A stretch of DNA of 64,000 nt from Girardia tigrina (Eukaryota), in assembly GCA_001938485.1 (NCBI GenBank), contig MQRK01250511.1:1-64000 (forward strand), given 5' to 3'. Below are positions 51,755-63,828 of the stretch, one piece after another; positions within the stretch are counted from its first letter, which is position 1; each line of letters opens with the position of its first letter. Below the pieces are notes generated by a model. It had not been told where the DNA came from, ran no database searches, and saw only the letters and a list, made by a program, of their open reading frames with translations. The translations under genes and the position numbers were made by a program.

Positions 51755-52685
51755 CAGGGTGCGGCAGCTATTTGAGAACACGTAATATAGACACCATATC
51801 TTTTTGTGTGTTATAATTACATAATTTTATTTTTGCTGGTAGACATGGTAGAAGCTACTCTTACGAATGAAATGAAAAGGCATGCAGTTATTGTGTCATT
51901 AGGACACACCGATTCAGAAATTGCTACATTTTTGAAAGTCGCCCGGTCGTTTGTTTTTAAAGTTCGTACAGAATTAGGAGCTGCGAAGGGTGATGGGGCT
52001 GAAGCTTCGCAACGGAAANNNNNNNNNNNNNNNNNNNNNNNNNNNNNNNNNNNNNNNNNNNNNNNNNNNNNNNNNNNNNNNNNNNNNNNNNNNNNNNNNN
52101 NNNNNNNNNNNNNNNNNNNNNNNNNNNNNNNNNNNNNNNNNNNNNNNNNNNNNNNNNNNNNNNNNNNNNNNNNNNNNNNNNNNNNNNNNNNNNNNNNNNN
52201 NNNNNNNNNNNNNNNNNNNNNNNNNNNNNNNNNNNNNNNNNNNNNNNNNNNNNNNNNNNNNNNNNNNNNNNNNNNNNNNNNNNNNNNNNNNNNNNNNNNN
52301 NNNNNNNNNNNNNNNNNNNNNNNNNNNNNNNNNNNNNNNNNNNNNNNNNNNNNNNNNNNNNNNNNNNNNNNNNNNNNNNNNNNNNNNNNNNNNNNNNNNN
52401 NNNNNNNNNNNNNNNNNNNNNNNNNNNNNNNNNNNNNNNNNNNNNNNNNNNNNNNNNNNNNNNNNNNNNNNNNNNNNNNNNNNNNNNNNNNNNNNNNNNN
52501 NNNNNNNNNNNNNNNNNNNNNNNNNNNNNNNNNNNNNNNNNNNNNNNNNNNNNNNNNNNNNNNNNNNNNNNNNNNNACGTGTTAATATATGTAAAATTTT
52601 AAATTGTAATAAATGTTATTTTTCTGTTGTATATTCATTTTTTGAACTTTATGTCATTTTGTTCTCAAATAGCTGCCGCACCCTG
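51755..52685 (+). mobile_element. Tc1/mariner-superfamily element (interior in gap)
   Basis: Perfect 26-bp TIR CAGGGTGCGGCAGCTATTTGAGAACA with TA TSDs. N-terminal HTH (SEIATFLKVARSFVFKV). Confidence 0.9.
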
Positions 52686-54272
52686 TATTTCAAAAATTTT
52701 TTGTACTTTTATATTAATTAATTATTTTTTAATATTTTTAATATTTTATATAATCTTTTATTATTTCTCCTCTTCTATTTCTACGAAATCTGTAATTAAA
52801 CAAACTATTTTTTCTCTTTCTTTATACAGATTCTAAATTTTATCTTTCTTAAATTTAATTTTAATATCATAAATATTTTAAATTTATGAAAAGAAGTTTA
52901 TTTACAAATTTTTATTGATTTTTATAAATTACTTTACCAACAGGTATATAGGTATATGAATATATATCCATGTAATTTAGAAACTTATTTTTGAAGGCTT
53001 TTTACTTAATCAATTTTCTTCAAACCTTGCATATTTACTCTTTTTTCATGACAATAAATGATAATGTGAAAATTCGATCAAACTACTAAATCAAAAAAAT
53101 CTTTTTGCAAAAAAAACCAATTTACGATTATCCACAAATGTTTAAACTGTATTAAACAGAAATGTTTTGGTTTTTTTTTCATTCCATACTTTATAATAAA
53201 TTTATTGCGTTATTAACTATTTAATTTCAAAATGGAGTTTTAATTTTTTTGTACGAAATTTTAATATTTACTTCTAACATAATAAATTTATTAAAAAATG
53301 TAATAGTAATTTTCCTTCTACAAAAGATAACAAAAAATTCTGTTGGCCAAGTAGAGTTCTGCCCGCATAAAGAATGGATTTGAAAAAATTTTTTTGATAT
53401 TCTAGATAAATATTCAGCGAGTCACCCTCCAAACAGCCGGGTGCGGTTGGTGAATGAATTAAGTTAAATAGCGAAAATTTATTGATTATAATGATAATTT
53501 AATTTGTATTCGTGAAGTAATATTTTTTTACTGAGGCTCTTTTTAAAGTTTCTTTATAATTGACAAATTTTCAGAAAAATATGCAAACCAAGTTGGTTTA
53601 AATTGTGTATTATAAAGAATACATAACAAAGTAATGATTTTATTATTGAAGCCTTAAATATTAATTCATTTGCATTTCTGATAATTTACTATTTAATTCA
53701 AATACAATAAATAATAAATTTTTATTAATAATATTCTGTTATATTTCCGGTTTGTATATTTAAAGTAAATTTCATCAGAAAAAAATAAAAACGATTTTTT
53801 AAGACTTAATTTATCTACTGCCAATTTATTCTGCAACAAATTCTTCATTTTTAGAGATAAATGACATTAAATTGATTTTTTTCTTTTTTGTCCAATTTTA
53901 CAAAAATAAACTTACAATCCATCGTGTTTTCCAAAAAGTCATAAAATAAATAATTATTTTTATAAAAATCTGTTACAAGTCTTATCAAAAATTTGATCAA
54001 TAAAATCGATAGTGACGAAATAGAGTAGGGCTAATGAGTCGTGCTGGACACGGATCAGCCAAAGTGATCATTATTATGGAATTTATACATTTATAATTTA
54101 TTTTAAACAAGTAGAATTAATTTTAAGATTAGAAAAATAAAATTCATTTTGAAAATTAATAAATTATTAATTATAATTAACAAATCCATTGACAAAATTA
54201 ATTTTGATTTTAATTGCAACCATTTTCAACCATCTTCGAGCTTAATTAACGACAATTGGACTGATATACATA

Positions 54273-55074
54273 TTAGGGTGAACCAAAAGTCTTTTCGTAT
54301 TTTTTATTAAAAATTTAAACATAATTTTACAACAAATAAAAAACATTTAAGTTTCAAAGTAAAGCCCATTTGAATCTATAGCTTGAACCCATCTATGGAC
54401 AAGTTGTGCGATTCCACTGCGGTACCAATCCTTGTTCTTAGAAGCGAAGAACTGGTGATACCCGTTTTCGACCTCGGCCAGATTATTGAAGCTGCGACCA
54501 CGAAGAAAGTGCCATAGAGCGGAAAAGGTGATAGTCGGATGGCGCAAGGTCCGGACTATACGCTGGGTGTGGAAGAAGTTCAAAGGCGTCGAGATTTTTG
54601 CTTTTTTCCTTTGTTTGTTTGGTGGTGTGCGGTTTTACATTGTCCTGTTGTAGAAGAACTCGCTTTCGATTGATCAAAGCGGGGTATTTCTCGCCAAGTG
54701 CCGCATAAATTCGATAAAGTTTGGCGCAATAAAGGTCAGCGTCAATGGTACGACGCTGATTGGAATCAGCTTGGAATCAGCTCGAAGTGAATCACACCTT
54801 CGAAATTCCACCAAACACACAAAAGTGCCTTCCTTGAGAAACGAAACTCTTTTCGCTACTGGTTTCGCCATTTGTCCGGGGTCCAACCATTGATTTGTTG
54901 GTCTGGATTACTGAAGTAAACCCACTTTTCATCGCAAGTTACATTTCGACGGATAAAACGGTCATCGCGCGGATTTTCAAGCAATTTTTGACAAGTTTCG
55001 AAACGCTTTTCGGCTTGAATTTGTGTCAATTCATGAGGCACTTCTCGACATCGTCTATTGATCTTGCCAAGAGC
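54273..55074 (-). mobile_element. mariner element, 3' part (5' part in gap)
   Basis: TA|TTAGGGTGAACC TIR. Motifs PHELT, VTCDEKW, LLQQDNVKPH and HPAYSPDLAPSDYHLF. Confidence 0.93.
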
Positions 55075-55715
55075 NNNNNNNNNNNNNNNNNNNNNNNNNN
55101 NNNNNNNNNNNNNNNNNNNNNNNNNNNNNNNNNNNNNNNNNNNNNNNNNNNNNNNNNNNNNNNNNNNNNNNNNNNNNNNNNNNNNNNNNNNNNNNNNNNN
55201 NNNNNNNNNNNNNNNNNNNNNNNNNNNNNNNNNNNNNNNNNNNNNNNNNNNNNNNNNNNNNNNNNNNNNNNNNNNNNNNNNNNNNNNNNNNNNNNNNNNN
55301 NNNNNNNNNNNNNNNNNNNNNNNNNNNNNNNNNNNNNNNNNNNNNNNNNNNNNNNNNNNNNNNNNNNNNNNNNNNNNNNNNNNNNNNNNNNNNNNNNNNN
55401 NNNNNNNNNNNNNNNNNNNNNNNNNNNNNNNNNNNNNNNNNNNNNNNNNNNNNNNNNNNNNNNNNNNNNNNNNNNNNNNNNNNNNNNNNNNNNNNNNNNN
55501 NNNNNNNNNNNNNNNNNNNNNNNNNNNNNNNNNNNNNNNNNNNNNNNNNNNNNNNNNNNNNNNNNNNNNNNNNNNNNNNNNNNNNNNNNNNNNNNNNNNN
55601 NNNNNNNNNNNNNNNNNNNNNNNNNNNNNNNNNNNNNNNNNNNNNNNNNNNNNNNNNNNNNNNNNNNNNNNNNNNNNNNNNNNNNNNNNNNNNNNNNNNN
55701 NNNNNNNNNNNNTAA

Positions 55716-55756
55716 GACGACGCGTTTCGAGATAATAATAATCCCATCATCAGGTC
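55716..55756 (-). ncRNA. Minimal hammerhead ribozyme, intact core
   Basis: gac-CUGAUGA-U-GGGAU uauuauu AUCUC-GAAA-CGCG-UC-guc. Confidence 0.8.
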
Positions 55757-56268
55757 ACAAAATGCACTAAGCAAGTACACTATATGGAAACTTGCCGAAA
55801 ATAAATAAAATTTATCCAATAAATTATTGGACGAAAATAAATTTATTTCACTTCCTTAAAACTAAGAAAAATGCACTAAATGCAATCAATCTCATTCTCG
55901 CAAACCAACCATTGGCAGCTATCAATTGCCATTTGAAAAAACGATATGTTTTCTCTATCGTTCCGTACTTTACAAGGTAACGGAGACATATGATAAAGAT
56001 GACAACTAACAGCACTCCAAAAGTTAATCTTTGAGATGAAACTTCTCACACTCAATACAATCAACTCAATTTTAGCCTTCCCATCAAATCCAAAACAATC
56101 CGAAATCTCATCGATGCAATTTGACGGAAATGCCTGAAATGGAAATCTGAGAGAACGTTGTGTTCTCTCAACTGTACCAGGTTTGACGCTGGTGACACTC
56201 AGGATAATAACACATTTGGCCAAGTTTCGGCAAGTTTCCATATAGTGTACTTGCTTAGTGCATTTTGT

Positions 56269-56309
56269 GACCTGATGATGGGATTATTATTATCTCGAAA
56301 CGCGACGTC
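56269..56309 (+). ncRNA. Hammerhead copy with cleavage triplet GUC mutated to GAC
   Basis: Identical to the 55716-55756 motif except T>A at 56305, the conserved U16.1 position. Confidence 0.7.
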
Positions 56310-56324
56310 TTATTTCTATCCCTA

Positions 56325-56325
<1 letters not shown>

Positions 56326-56374
<49 letters not shown>
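56326..56374. repeat. (TA)n(TG)n microsatellite
   Basis: Direct reading. Other (TA)n tracts occur near 196, 11684, 15487, 21295, 41143, 42143, 46860 and 57533. Confidence 0.95.
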
Positions 56375-57352
56375 AATGAGATGTTCGATCTAATTTCCAA
56401 TCATTGTTATTAATCTTCTTATGAAAATTTTGTGGCCTTTATTGCATAATATTTTTTGCAACCAATTTTACAACTTTTGCAAGAAATTTTCTAATAATAA
56501 TGTATATTCTAATGATTTATTCTGGCAGTATCTGAAAATACTAGATTATCAATGCCTTTTTGTTGACAAATATGCATCAGTACAACTAGTGCAGCTTTAA
56601 AATGTAAAACATTCAATGAATTTTAAATTTTTTTCGTAGAGCATGAAGTGGACTCTTTAAGGATGTATGAAATTGTCTGAGACAATGGTACTTTGAGACA
56701 CTTGCGATCCAAATTATAAATTACCTTATCACTAATTTTTTTCACACTAGTAAGACACTTTTAATTCACCCAGGTTTTAGATTGTTACTTTTTATTATCA
56801 AGAAGTTTAGATCTACACCTTTTAGATCACCACCCTTTTGGTTTGAAGCTATTTTATCGGTATTCTAAAAAATTTTAATAATTCGATAAATTACCCACTA
56901 ATTTAGCTCCTAGAAATCAGAAATTGATTTGCTCGATCGACCTTACCTAATATTTTTAGCAAATTTCAAACAGTCTTCCTCAGAAATTCTGATGTTTCTT
57001 CTACTACTTATTATGGTAATTTTTAAAAAAAAATATGTAAAACGATTTATTTAAAAAATTTAAAACAAATTTGCTAAGTTTTTATTTGTTATTAAATTTA
57101 ATTAATTTTAATTTTTTATAAATTTTTATTTAAAAACTTTTAGGCAAATGATTTAAAGTTATATTTGGAAAAATTAATTGCTAAAATATTATATAACAAA
57201 GGCTAAAAAGTTTTAGTTGGAGAATTGATTGCAGAAAATAGATCAGAACCCCTATAATAGAATGATGCTCAGGCAATCAACTGATGAAATAGGTTATAAA
57301 ATGCTCTTAACAAAAGGGTAGACATTTGTTCCAACATAAATTGATAGATTAA

Positions 57353-57505
<153 letters not shown>

Positions 57506-57549
57506 TAGATTTTTATGCCTCACTTATTACGGATATATATATATATATA

Positions 57550-58108
57550 GTTTAATATTGAGTCTTGTGAACGCAAGTTTAATATTTTGAAAATAAAATT
57601 TGATTAAAACTTGTTTATATAATTATTGGACATGTTTCGATGCTTGCATACATCATCATCAGCAATATTTGGAAATTTTGTATTTTAATATTTGAATAGT
57701 AAAATATTTTAATTGTGCTTAATAATATGATTTTAAAAGGTATATTAAGTTTAAATGGAATAATTTTAAAAATGTATTATAATTTATTAAAGTACTATTA
57801 GGTAATAATGGCAAAAATATTTTAATTAAAAATTTTAAGTATTGAAATAACCTTACTTTGCCCATTCTGAATGTTACTGGATGGATTGTAGTGTCTTATT
57901 AGTAGAGATTCACAGAACTGTCGTTCATAATGTGAATCGAATCCCTTTTGTAGAACAGAAAACTCATCTTTTGAAATGGATGAGGTTCTATCCTTACAAC
58001 ATAAGTTGTGTTGTAACGTAACCAATCATCAAGAACTTTACTCGATTGACTCATTTTAGAGTGCTCACTAATCCGTGATTTGAGATTACGATTTGTCTCT
58101 CCGATGTG
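57550..58108 (-). mobile_element. Penelope 3' fragment (GIY-YIG endonuclease plus pLTR)
   Basis: HIGETNRNLKSRISEH at about 58060-58108, then FSVLQKG...ERQFCESLLIRHYNPSSNIQ. Hammerhead downstream. Ends at (TA)n. Confidence 0.88.
57624..57667 (-). ncRNA. Minimal type I hammerhead ribozyme, intact
   Basis: uauug-CUGAUGA-U-GAUGU augcaa GCAUC-GAAA-CAUG-UC-caaua, with 5-bp stem I, 5-bp stem II and palindromic ACAUGU. Confidence 0.85.
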
Positions 58109-58109
58109 G

Positions 58110-61100
58110 GCCTCCCATCTCTGTAATGGTATTGAGCCTAAGGCTCTTTAGAGGGTCCACCCAAACTAAAGTCCTTAAGGGCCCCCCGATAGATCTCCTA
58201 CGGGGTCAGTGGCCTTCCGGCTCTGAGCAGTCGGCTTGCCAGTAACGAACGACCAACCATGGAACTTGGTACCATGGCCGTACATGCCGTTGGCTGTTAC
58301 GGTGGACGAGTAACAACCGCGAAATGGGCACTTGAATTGTCCTCTTGCAGTCTTGTAATCGGCTGGCAGCGGTATTGTAGGTGCGTCTCTTCGGCATCGT
58401 CGTTCAGCTGTATCCTCGGCATACTCACAGTTGCGTCCGGCAAATGAGGATTGGATTGGTTTGATGTCGGCTCTTCCTCGTTCTCTTCTTCCAAGTTTTC
58501 TTCTCTCTGGGCGTTGGATGTTGGCGCTTCTTGATGATTCTTCTGAATATGAATCCTTAGGAAACCAGTGGTCTTGTATTCCCTTGAACAGTGTTGACAT
58601 TGATATATTCCTTTCTTCTGACGTGGCTGGGCTTTCTACTCTCTCTTCTTCCACGGGATTGGCTCTGCTCTTTGGTGATCTCTTCTGAGATGCCTGTTTA
58701 ACTCCTTCACTTTGTAACAGGCATTCATCTGGCAGCTGTGTTCTTTCAGACGAGGTAGCACCAGTATTAGTGTTTGCTCGTCCCCGATTCTTTGAATTCT
58801 CTTCAATCGGAATACTTCCTCGATCTTTTCATCCATCTTCAGTAAGTTTTCCTGCAGAACGTCTCTTTTAAATTCACCGAAACTGTACTCGGTTCCAAAG
58901 AGCCAGTGAGCATCCACTCTGAGACATTCTACCAGATGTTGCTTTCTCCGACCGCTGATCTTCTTTCCTCCGATGAGTTCGTATCCACTGATCTGCTTGA
59001 CGTTCTCTGGAATTCTCCTAAATCGACCTTGGTATTGTGTACGATTCTTCTTCGCGCGATGATATCCATTGGGCTTTGTAGTCCAATTGATATCTCATCT
59101 ATCCTGATCCTTTCGACTTTCGAAATACCCAAAGTTCGCCGAGTACATAGATTGTGAAATGCTTTTAGCTTTTTCACGTGTACTTCATTTGTCCTCCAAT
59201 TTTCACAGCTGTAGTAAACCACCGGGAATACACAGCTGCTAATTATGTTCTTCTTATTCCGGAGAGACAATTCCAGAGAGACAACAAAATTCAACACTGG
59301 TCTGATCGTCCGTAATTTCGCTGCTCCTTTCTGAATTCTGGCTTTGATGTCCTTACCTGAGCTTCCTCCACTTTCAATTATTGATCCCAGGTAGCAGAAT
59401 TCGTCCACCCATTCTATTCCGGTATTCAGCTCGTCTCTTGCCGTAATGTACTTTGTTCCATTGAGATTCAGGATCTTTGTTTTCCCAATGTTGATTTTGA
59501 GCCCCATATTCAAGAACACAGTGTTGAGACACGTGAGATTCCGTTCGATATTTCCATAGTCTTCGTCCAGTAAGCACAGGTCGTCTGCATAAGCAAGTCT
59601 GTTCACGGTCAGCTCTTCCCCATTGTATTTTAGTTTCACACCACCTGATAGTCCTTCTTTGATCGCGATCTTAATTACATGATCAAAGACAAGGTTGAAT
59701 AGTAGAGGACCCAATACGCAACCCTGACGGACTCCTTTGTCCATACTGAATTTATCCTTTCCAATGCTTCCCGTGAAACCTTCATGANNNNNNNNNNNNN
59801 NNNNNNNNNNNNNNNNNNNNNNNNNNNNNNNNNNNNNNNNNNNNNNNNNNNNNTACGCTGTCAAATGCCTTTTCAAGGTCGATAAAAATAGCAAATACGT
59901 TTATGTTCCGGTATCTGGCCTCTTCTTGTATCTTTCGTAAGATACCAATCGCGTGCGCAGTGCTTCTGTTTGATCTGAAACCAAATTGCCAGTCATCCAA
60001 GATATGCCTCTAGGAATATGCCTCTATAATTATTCAATTCCTTCTTGGAACCCTTTCCTTTGTATAGGATCACGACTTTCGCCGTTTTCCAAGCCTCCGG
60101 GAATTCTGCTCTTTCCTCCCATATGTCCACGAAACATTGCTGTATCTTCTCAGTCAACTGGAGACCGCCCCCTTTATATAGCTCTGGAATGATACCGTTG
60201 TTTCCAGCAGCTGTACAGTTCTTTAGTTGTCCAATAGCGGTACCTACTTCTTCTACGTCCGGTGAGTGGTCTCTTTCGAATGCTTGGCTCTGTTCGATTT
60301 CCACGAGATATTCTCTTTTGCTTTTTCTGAATAGATGTGAGAAGTGCTCTGCTAACACTTCGTCCTTCACACTGCTTTGTACAGAACAGAGAGAGGATTC
60401 CTTCGTTTATCTATTGCAGAGAACACTGAGCTCCGTGTATAACTCAGAAGTCTTGCCTATACATTCTCTGTTGAGAATTCCTTCTATTTCTTGTACAATT
60501 CCCTCAATCCTCTCTCTTTTCCATTTCCTGAGATGCCGCAAGGTGTTTAGTCTTGCAGCCTTCCACGTCGAATATGTTCTTTCACATTTATTCTGAATGT
60601 ATTCTTTCCTTCGCTTCCATTTCTCCTGCAGTAGTGGTTTCAGCTCTTCTATGTGTCCATGTAGCCACCTCTGATTGAGTGGGACTTTTTTCTTTCTGTA
60701 TCTTTCTGAAGTCTTCAAAATGACCTCCACATCATCCCAGTTCTCGACATTCGGACAAGCTTGTCCTATGTCACTACTGATGGCCACTTTGTTGTTCTGC
60801 AAGGAGAATCTGTCAATTTTTCCTTTTCCTTTCTTTCTTCTATCATTCGCCAACTTGAGTACCTTATTGTTGTTGGTGATCCATATCGTTAACACGACTA
60901 AGTCGTGGTCAGAGCCGCAGTCAAAATTCGGGTAGGTTTTGACATTGCTTATCCTGTTGCATCTGCTCTTTTGAGACAGGAATAAGTCCAGTAGTTGTCT
61001 TTTTCTCGTTGCCGGGTATGTCCAGTTAGTTCTCTGCGCCAACTTATGTTTGTAGAAGGTGTTCTCTACTCGTAAGTTGCACGCGTCAGCAAGATCTATT

Positions 61101-61871
61101 AAAAGATCTCCGTTTTCTGATGTTCCTGTTGAACTAGTATAACACCCGACAGTCTTTCCGTTTTCCTCCGTCCAATTAAGTCGACAGTTGACGTCGCCTC
61201 CAACTATCAGTTCGTGTTTCCTCTTATCAGCCTTAGTCGTCGCCCTTTCGACATGTTCTTGCAGTAATGCGAAGAACTCTTCCTTTTCCTTACTTGAGTG
61301 TCCGCTGTCAGTCGGAACGTATACCCCCACCACTGTGATCGACCTTTGGGGTATATGACAGAGGAACACTCTCTCACTGATCACTTCGAATTCGATGTTC
61401 ATTGAATCCCCAGATTTTATCATCATGGTTACGCCTTTCTCCCTTATGCTACTCGTACTGCCACTATGATGGATCCTCCAATCCCCGAAAGAGGCAATGT
61501 CGGTTCCGATCCAGTGCGTCTCTGTGAGTATACACATATCAATTTTCAGTTTTTCGAAAATACTGACGATGTTTAGTACCTTTTCATCGGTTAAGCCTGG
61601 AATATTCAAAGTTCCAACCCTCAGTTCACTGCAAGTGGAATCCTTAACGAGGGATCCCCCTCTCGGGAGCTTAATGACTTTGGGTACTTCCAGACCCCTT
61701 GTTTGAGTTTTAAAAGCTATGTATTAGCGAAGGATAGGGTTGCTAGCCCCGTCGGTCCGTCCACTCATTTAGCCTAGATCAAGGGGACCCCCATTCTATT
61801 TCTACAAAGGGAAGAGACCCTCTTTCTAGTTCCCAGGATACACCACGGGGAGGCGAGTGACACTGTATCCC
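58110..61871 (-). mobile_element. Near full-length RTE-clade LINE (APE endonuclease, RT, C-terminal C2H2-like finger)
   Basis: APE motifs GTLNI, ILTETH, VYVPT, VGGDVN, LLDLF and SDH. RT motifs NYRGI, QFGFRSNRST, FIDLEKAFDSV, GVRQGCVLGPLLFN, YADD and FCYLGS. C-terminal CPFRGC...GH...H. A few frameshifts and one gap. Confidence 0.93.
61761..61871 (-). ncRNA. HDV-like self-cleaving ribozyme at the LINE 5' end
   Basis: P1 GGGAUAC/GUAUCCU with G1.U wobble; P2 UCACUC/GAGUGG; P3 GCC/GGU; L3 UCCCCGU; P1.1 CC/GG; P4 closed by CUAG/CUAG; J4/2 GCUAAAU with the catalytic C at 61772. Confidence 0.92.
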
Positions 61872-61872
61872 T

Positions 61873-63828
61873 TACAATGACATCGCAGTCAATGTCGCCG
61901 AAATGCCAGTAAATCGAGTTTTCAAAGTGATGCACTGCTTCGGATTAGAGGCGAAAGATCTAGTTCCCATAGACGGCGGTCGAGTGTTAGGTCTCTTGGT
62001 TAAGGTGGACAAAGGTGGGAAATTACGGTGGCGCCGTGACGGAGAAGTTCCATTACTGTCAGAACAAGTCCCTCGCCCTAATTTATTCACGTGGACCGGT
62101 CGGTTGGTGAGACATTACCCGGTCTGTGGTTGGTTATGGCCGGCGTGCAGCATCATCAAAAGGATAGCCAGCGATTGTGGATGGGACATAGTTGTGGAAC
62201 CTTAAATTGCAGAAATAGCTTGGCAGTTGGCGCACCGGGTCTAAACGGAAGATCCAGTCAAGGGCGAATTGGAGGTACCACAAATCAAGAGAGAGCGCGT
62301 GTGGTGCGACACAAGCTCGATTGCAGTCGGTATATGCGTCGAAATAGGCGGCGTTGTCGTCGAGGACGCCTGATGGTTGCGTCAAAAAGACGACACTAAC
62401 CACATCAATTTAGCTGAGTAGGACGCCGCAAACCGTGCACTCAAAGAGGGAGTCAAATGGGGAATTCGGGAATCGGAATTATTAACCGACTCAGCAACAG
62501 TTACCAAATGGCTCTCATCGACACTGTCGGGACGCGAATCGATTAGATCTCAGGCACTCAGTGAGATTCTAATCAGGCGGCCGGTAGGCCTATTTAAGCA
62601 AGTCGTCGAGGAAGAGAAATTGAAAGTCACCACAACACTGGTCCGATCAGAAGAAAACAAAGCGGACGCGCTGACTCGAGTTTTAGCCAGCTGGTGGACG
62701 TTGGCGAGAAATCCCGCAGTGGCAGCAGCAGTAACTGTCAGAGGTCAATGTGAATCAGTGGACGGTCTTCAGCAACTCCACGAAATGCATCATTTCGGAG
62801 TGAGAAGATCGATGTTCCTAGCTAGAAAAATATGGGGTCCGGCCAAGGTGTCAGAAGACCAAATCAGAGCAGTGATTCAGGAGTGCGAGCAGTGTGCATC
62901 AATCGACCCATCGCCAATTCAGTGGGAGAAAGGTGATGACGGGGTAAGGATATTGTGGATCCGAGTTGCTGTGGATGTAACACATGTTGGGGCGGCAACA
63001 TTTCTGACCATGGTGGACTGTCGCCCCGGGCGATTTATGATATGCGCCAAATTGCGATGGAAAGTGAAGCGGACATCTGTTCCGTAATGAACAGCGTCCG
63101 GAACGAATTCGGTCCACCAGAGGAAGTAATTCTCGATAACTATTTCACTTTCAGGGGGTCGGGCGTGTCGAGATTGTTAGAACGAGTGGGTATTGAAGCT
63201 CACTTCAGATGCATGAACCGTCCGAGCGGAAATGGAATTGTGGAACGCAGTCACAGGACTATTAAACGAATGGTTGCTCGGTGGGTGAAATGGTTGCGTG
63301 GTATAATGCAACGCCAAACGCAAGTGGCGTCATTCCAGCCTCAACTATCTTTGCACACAGACGGAGGCTATTATTGCCGAAGGTATTCAATCTCACTAAC
63401 ATCAGTCGGGGTCGAGAAATACGAAGTAAGGTATTTTGAATCGGAGATGAAGTATTTGTGAAACCGGCACCAACGTATTCGTGCATGTCACAGTGAAGAC
63501 GCGCAACCATTACCGGGTTGCACTTGCCGCATCAAGTGGAAGTCGACAGCAGACCCTACCACGTAAGTCACGTGCGATTGGCCCCACCCGCGGCAAGCAA
63601 TGATGATGTCGGACGAATCGAGATCAGGGATACGGGCGATCTGCGTGCGATTAGTGAAAGTAACGATCGAGACGGGCCAGAAAGAGCTGGTGGGGCGGCC
63701 ACAAAGAGCTATTCGCTGTCTAGCGAGATTCGTGGAATTCGTCTGTACTGGAATTCAAGCCAGTGTCGGTGATCGGGTCCCCCCTGCTCAAGTGATATCT
63801 ACTTGTGTGTCTTGAGGACAGGAGGGCG
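61873..63828 (+). mobile_element. Gypsy-type pol 3' part (RNase H, integrase) and polypurine tract
   Basis: VWCDTSSIAVG...HINLAE...LTDSATV...NKADALTRV; HEMHHFG...CEQC; VAVDVTH...ILDN...SGNGIVERSHRTIK. Purine tract at 63814-63828. Confidence 0.9.

Larger units (their letters stand above)
55713..56312. mobile_element. 600-bp element with 88-bp inverted termini, each containing a hammerhead motif (Penelope-related)
   Basis: 55713-55800 is the reverse complement of 56225-56312 with 1 mismatch. The left side abuts a gap; the right side is followed by (TA)n(TG)n. Confidence 0.75.

Noticed and set aside
54012-54050. GACGAAA...CTAATGAGTC resembling a type II hammerhead
   Set aside because: The core is mutated and there is no room for stems I and III.
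60045-60596. Plus-strand 183-aa ORF and similar shadow ORFs (e.g. 17287, 30901, 49518)
   Set aside because: Antisense to well-supported TE coding regions.
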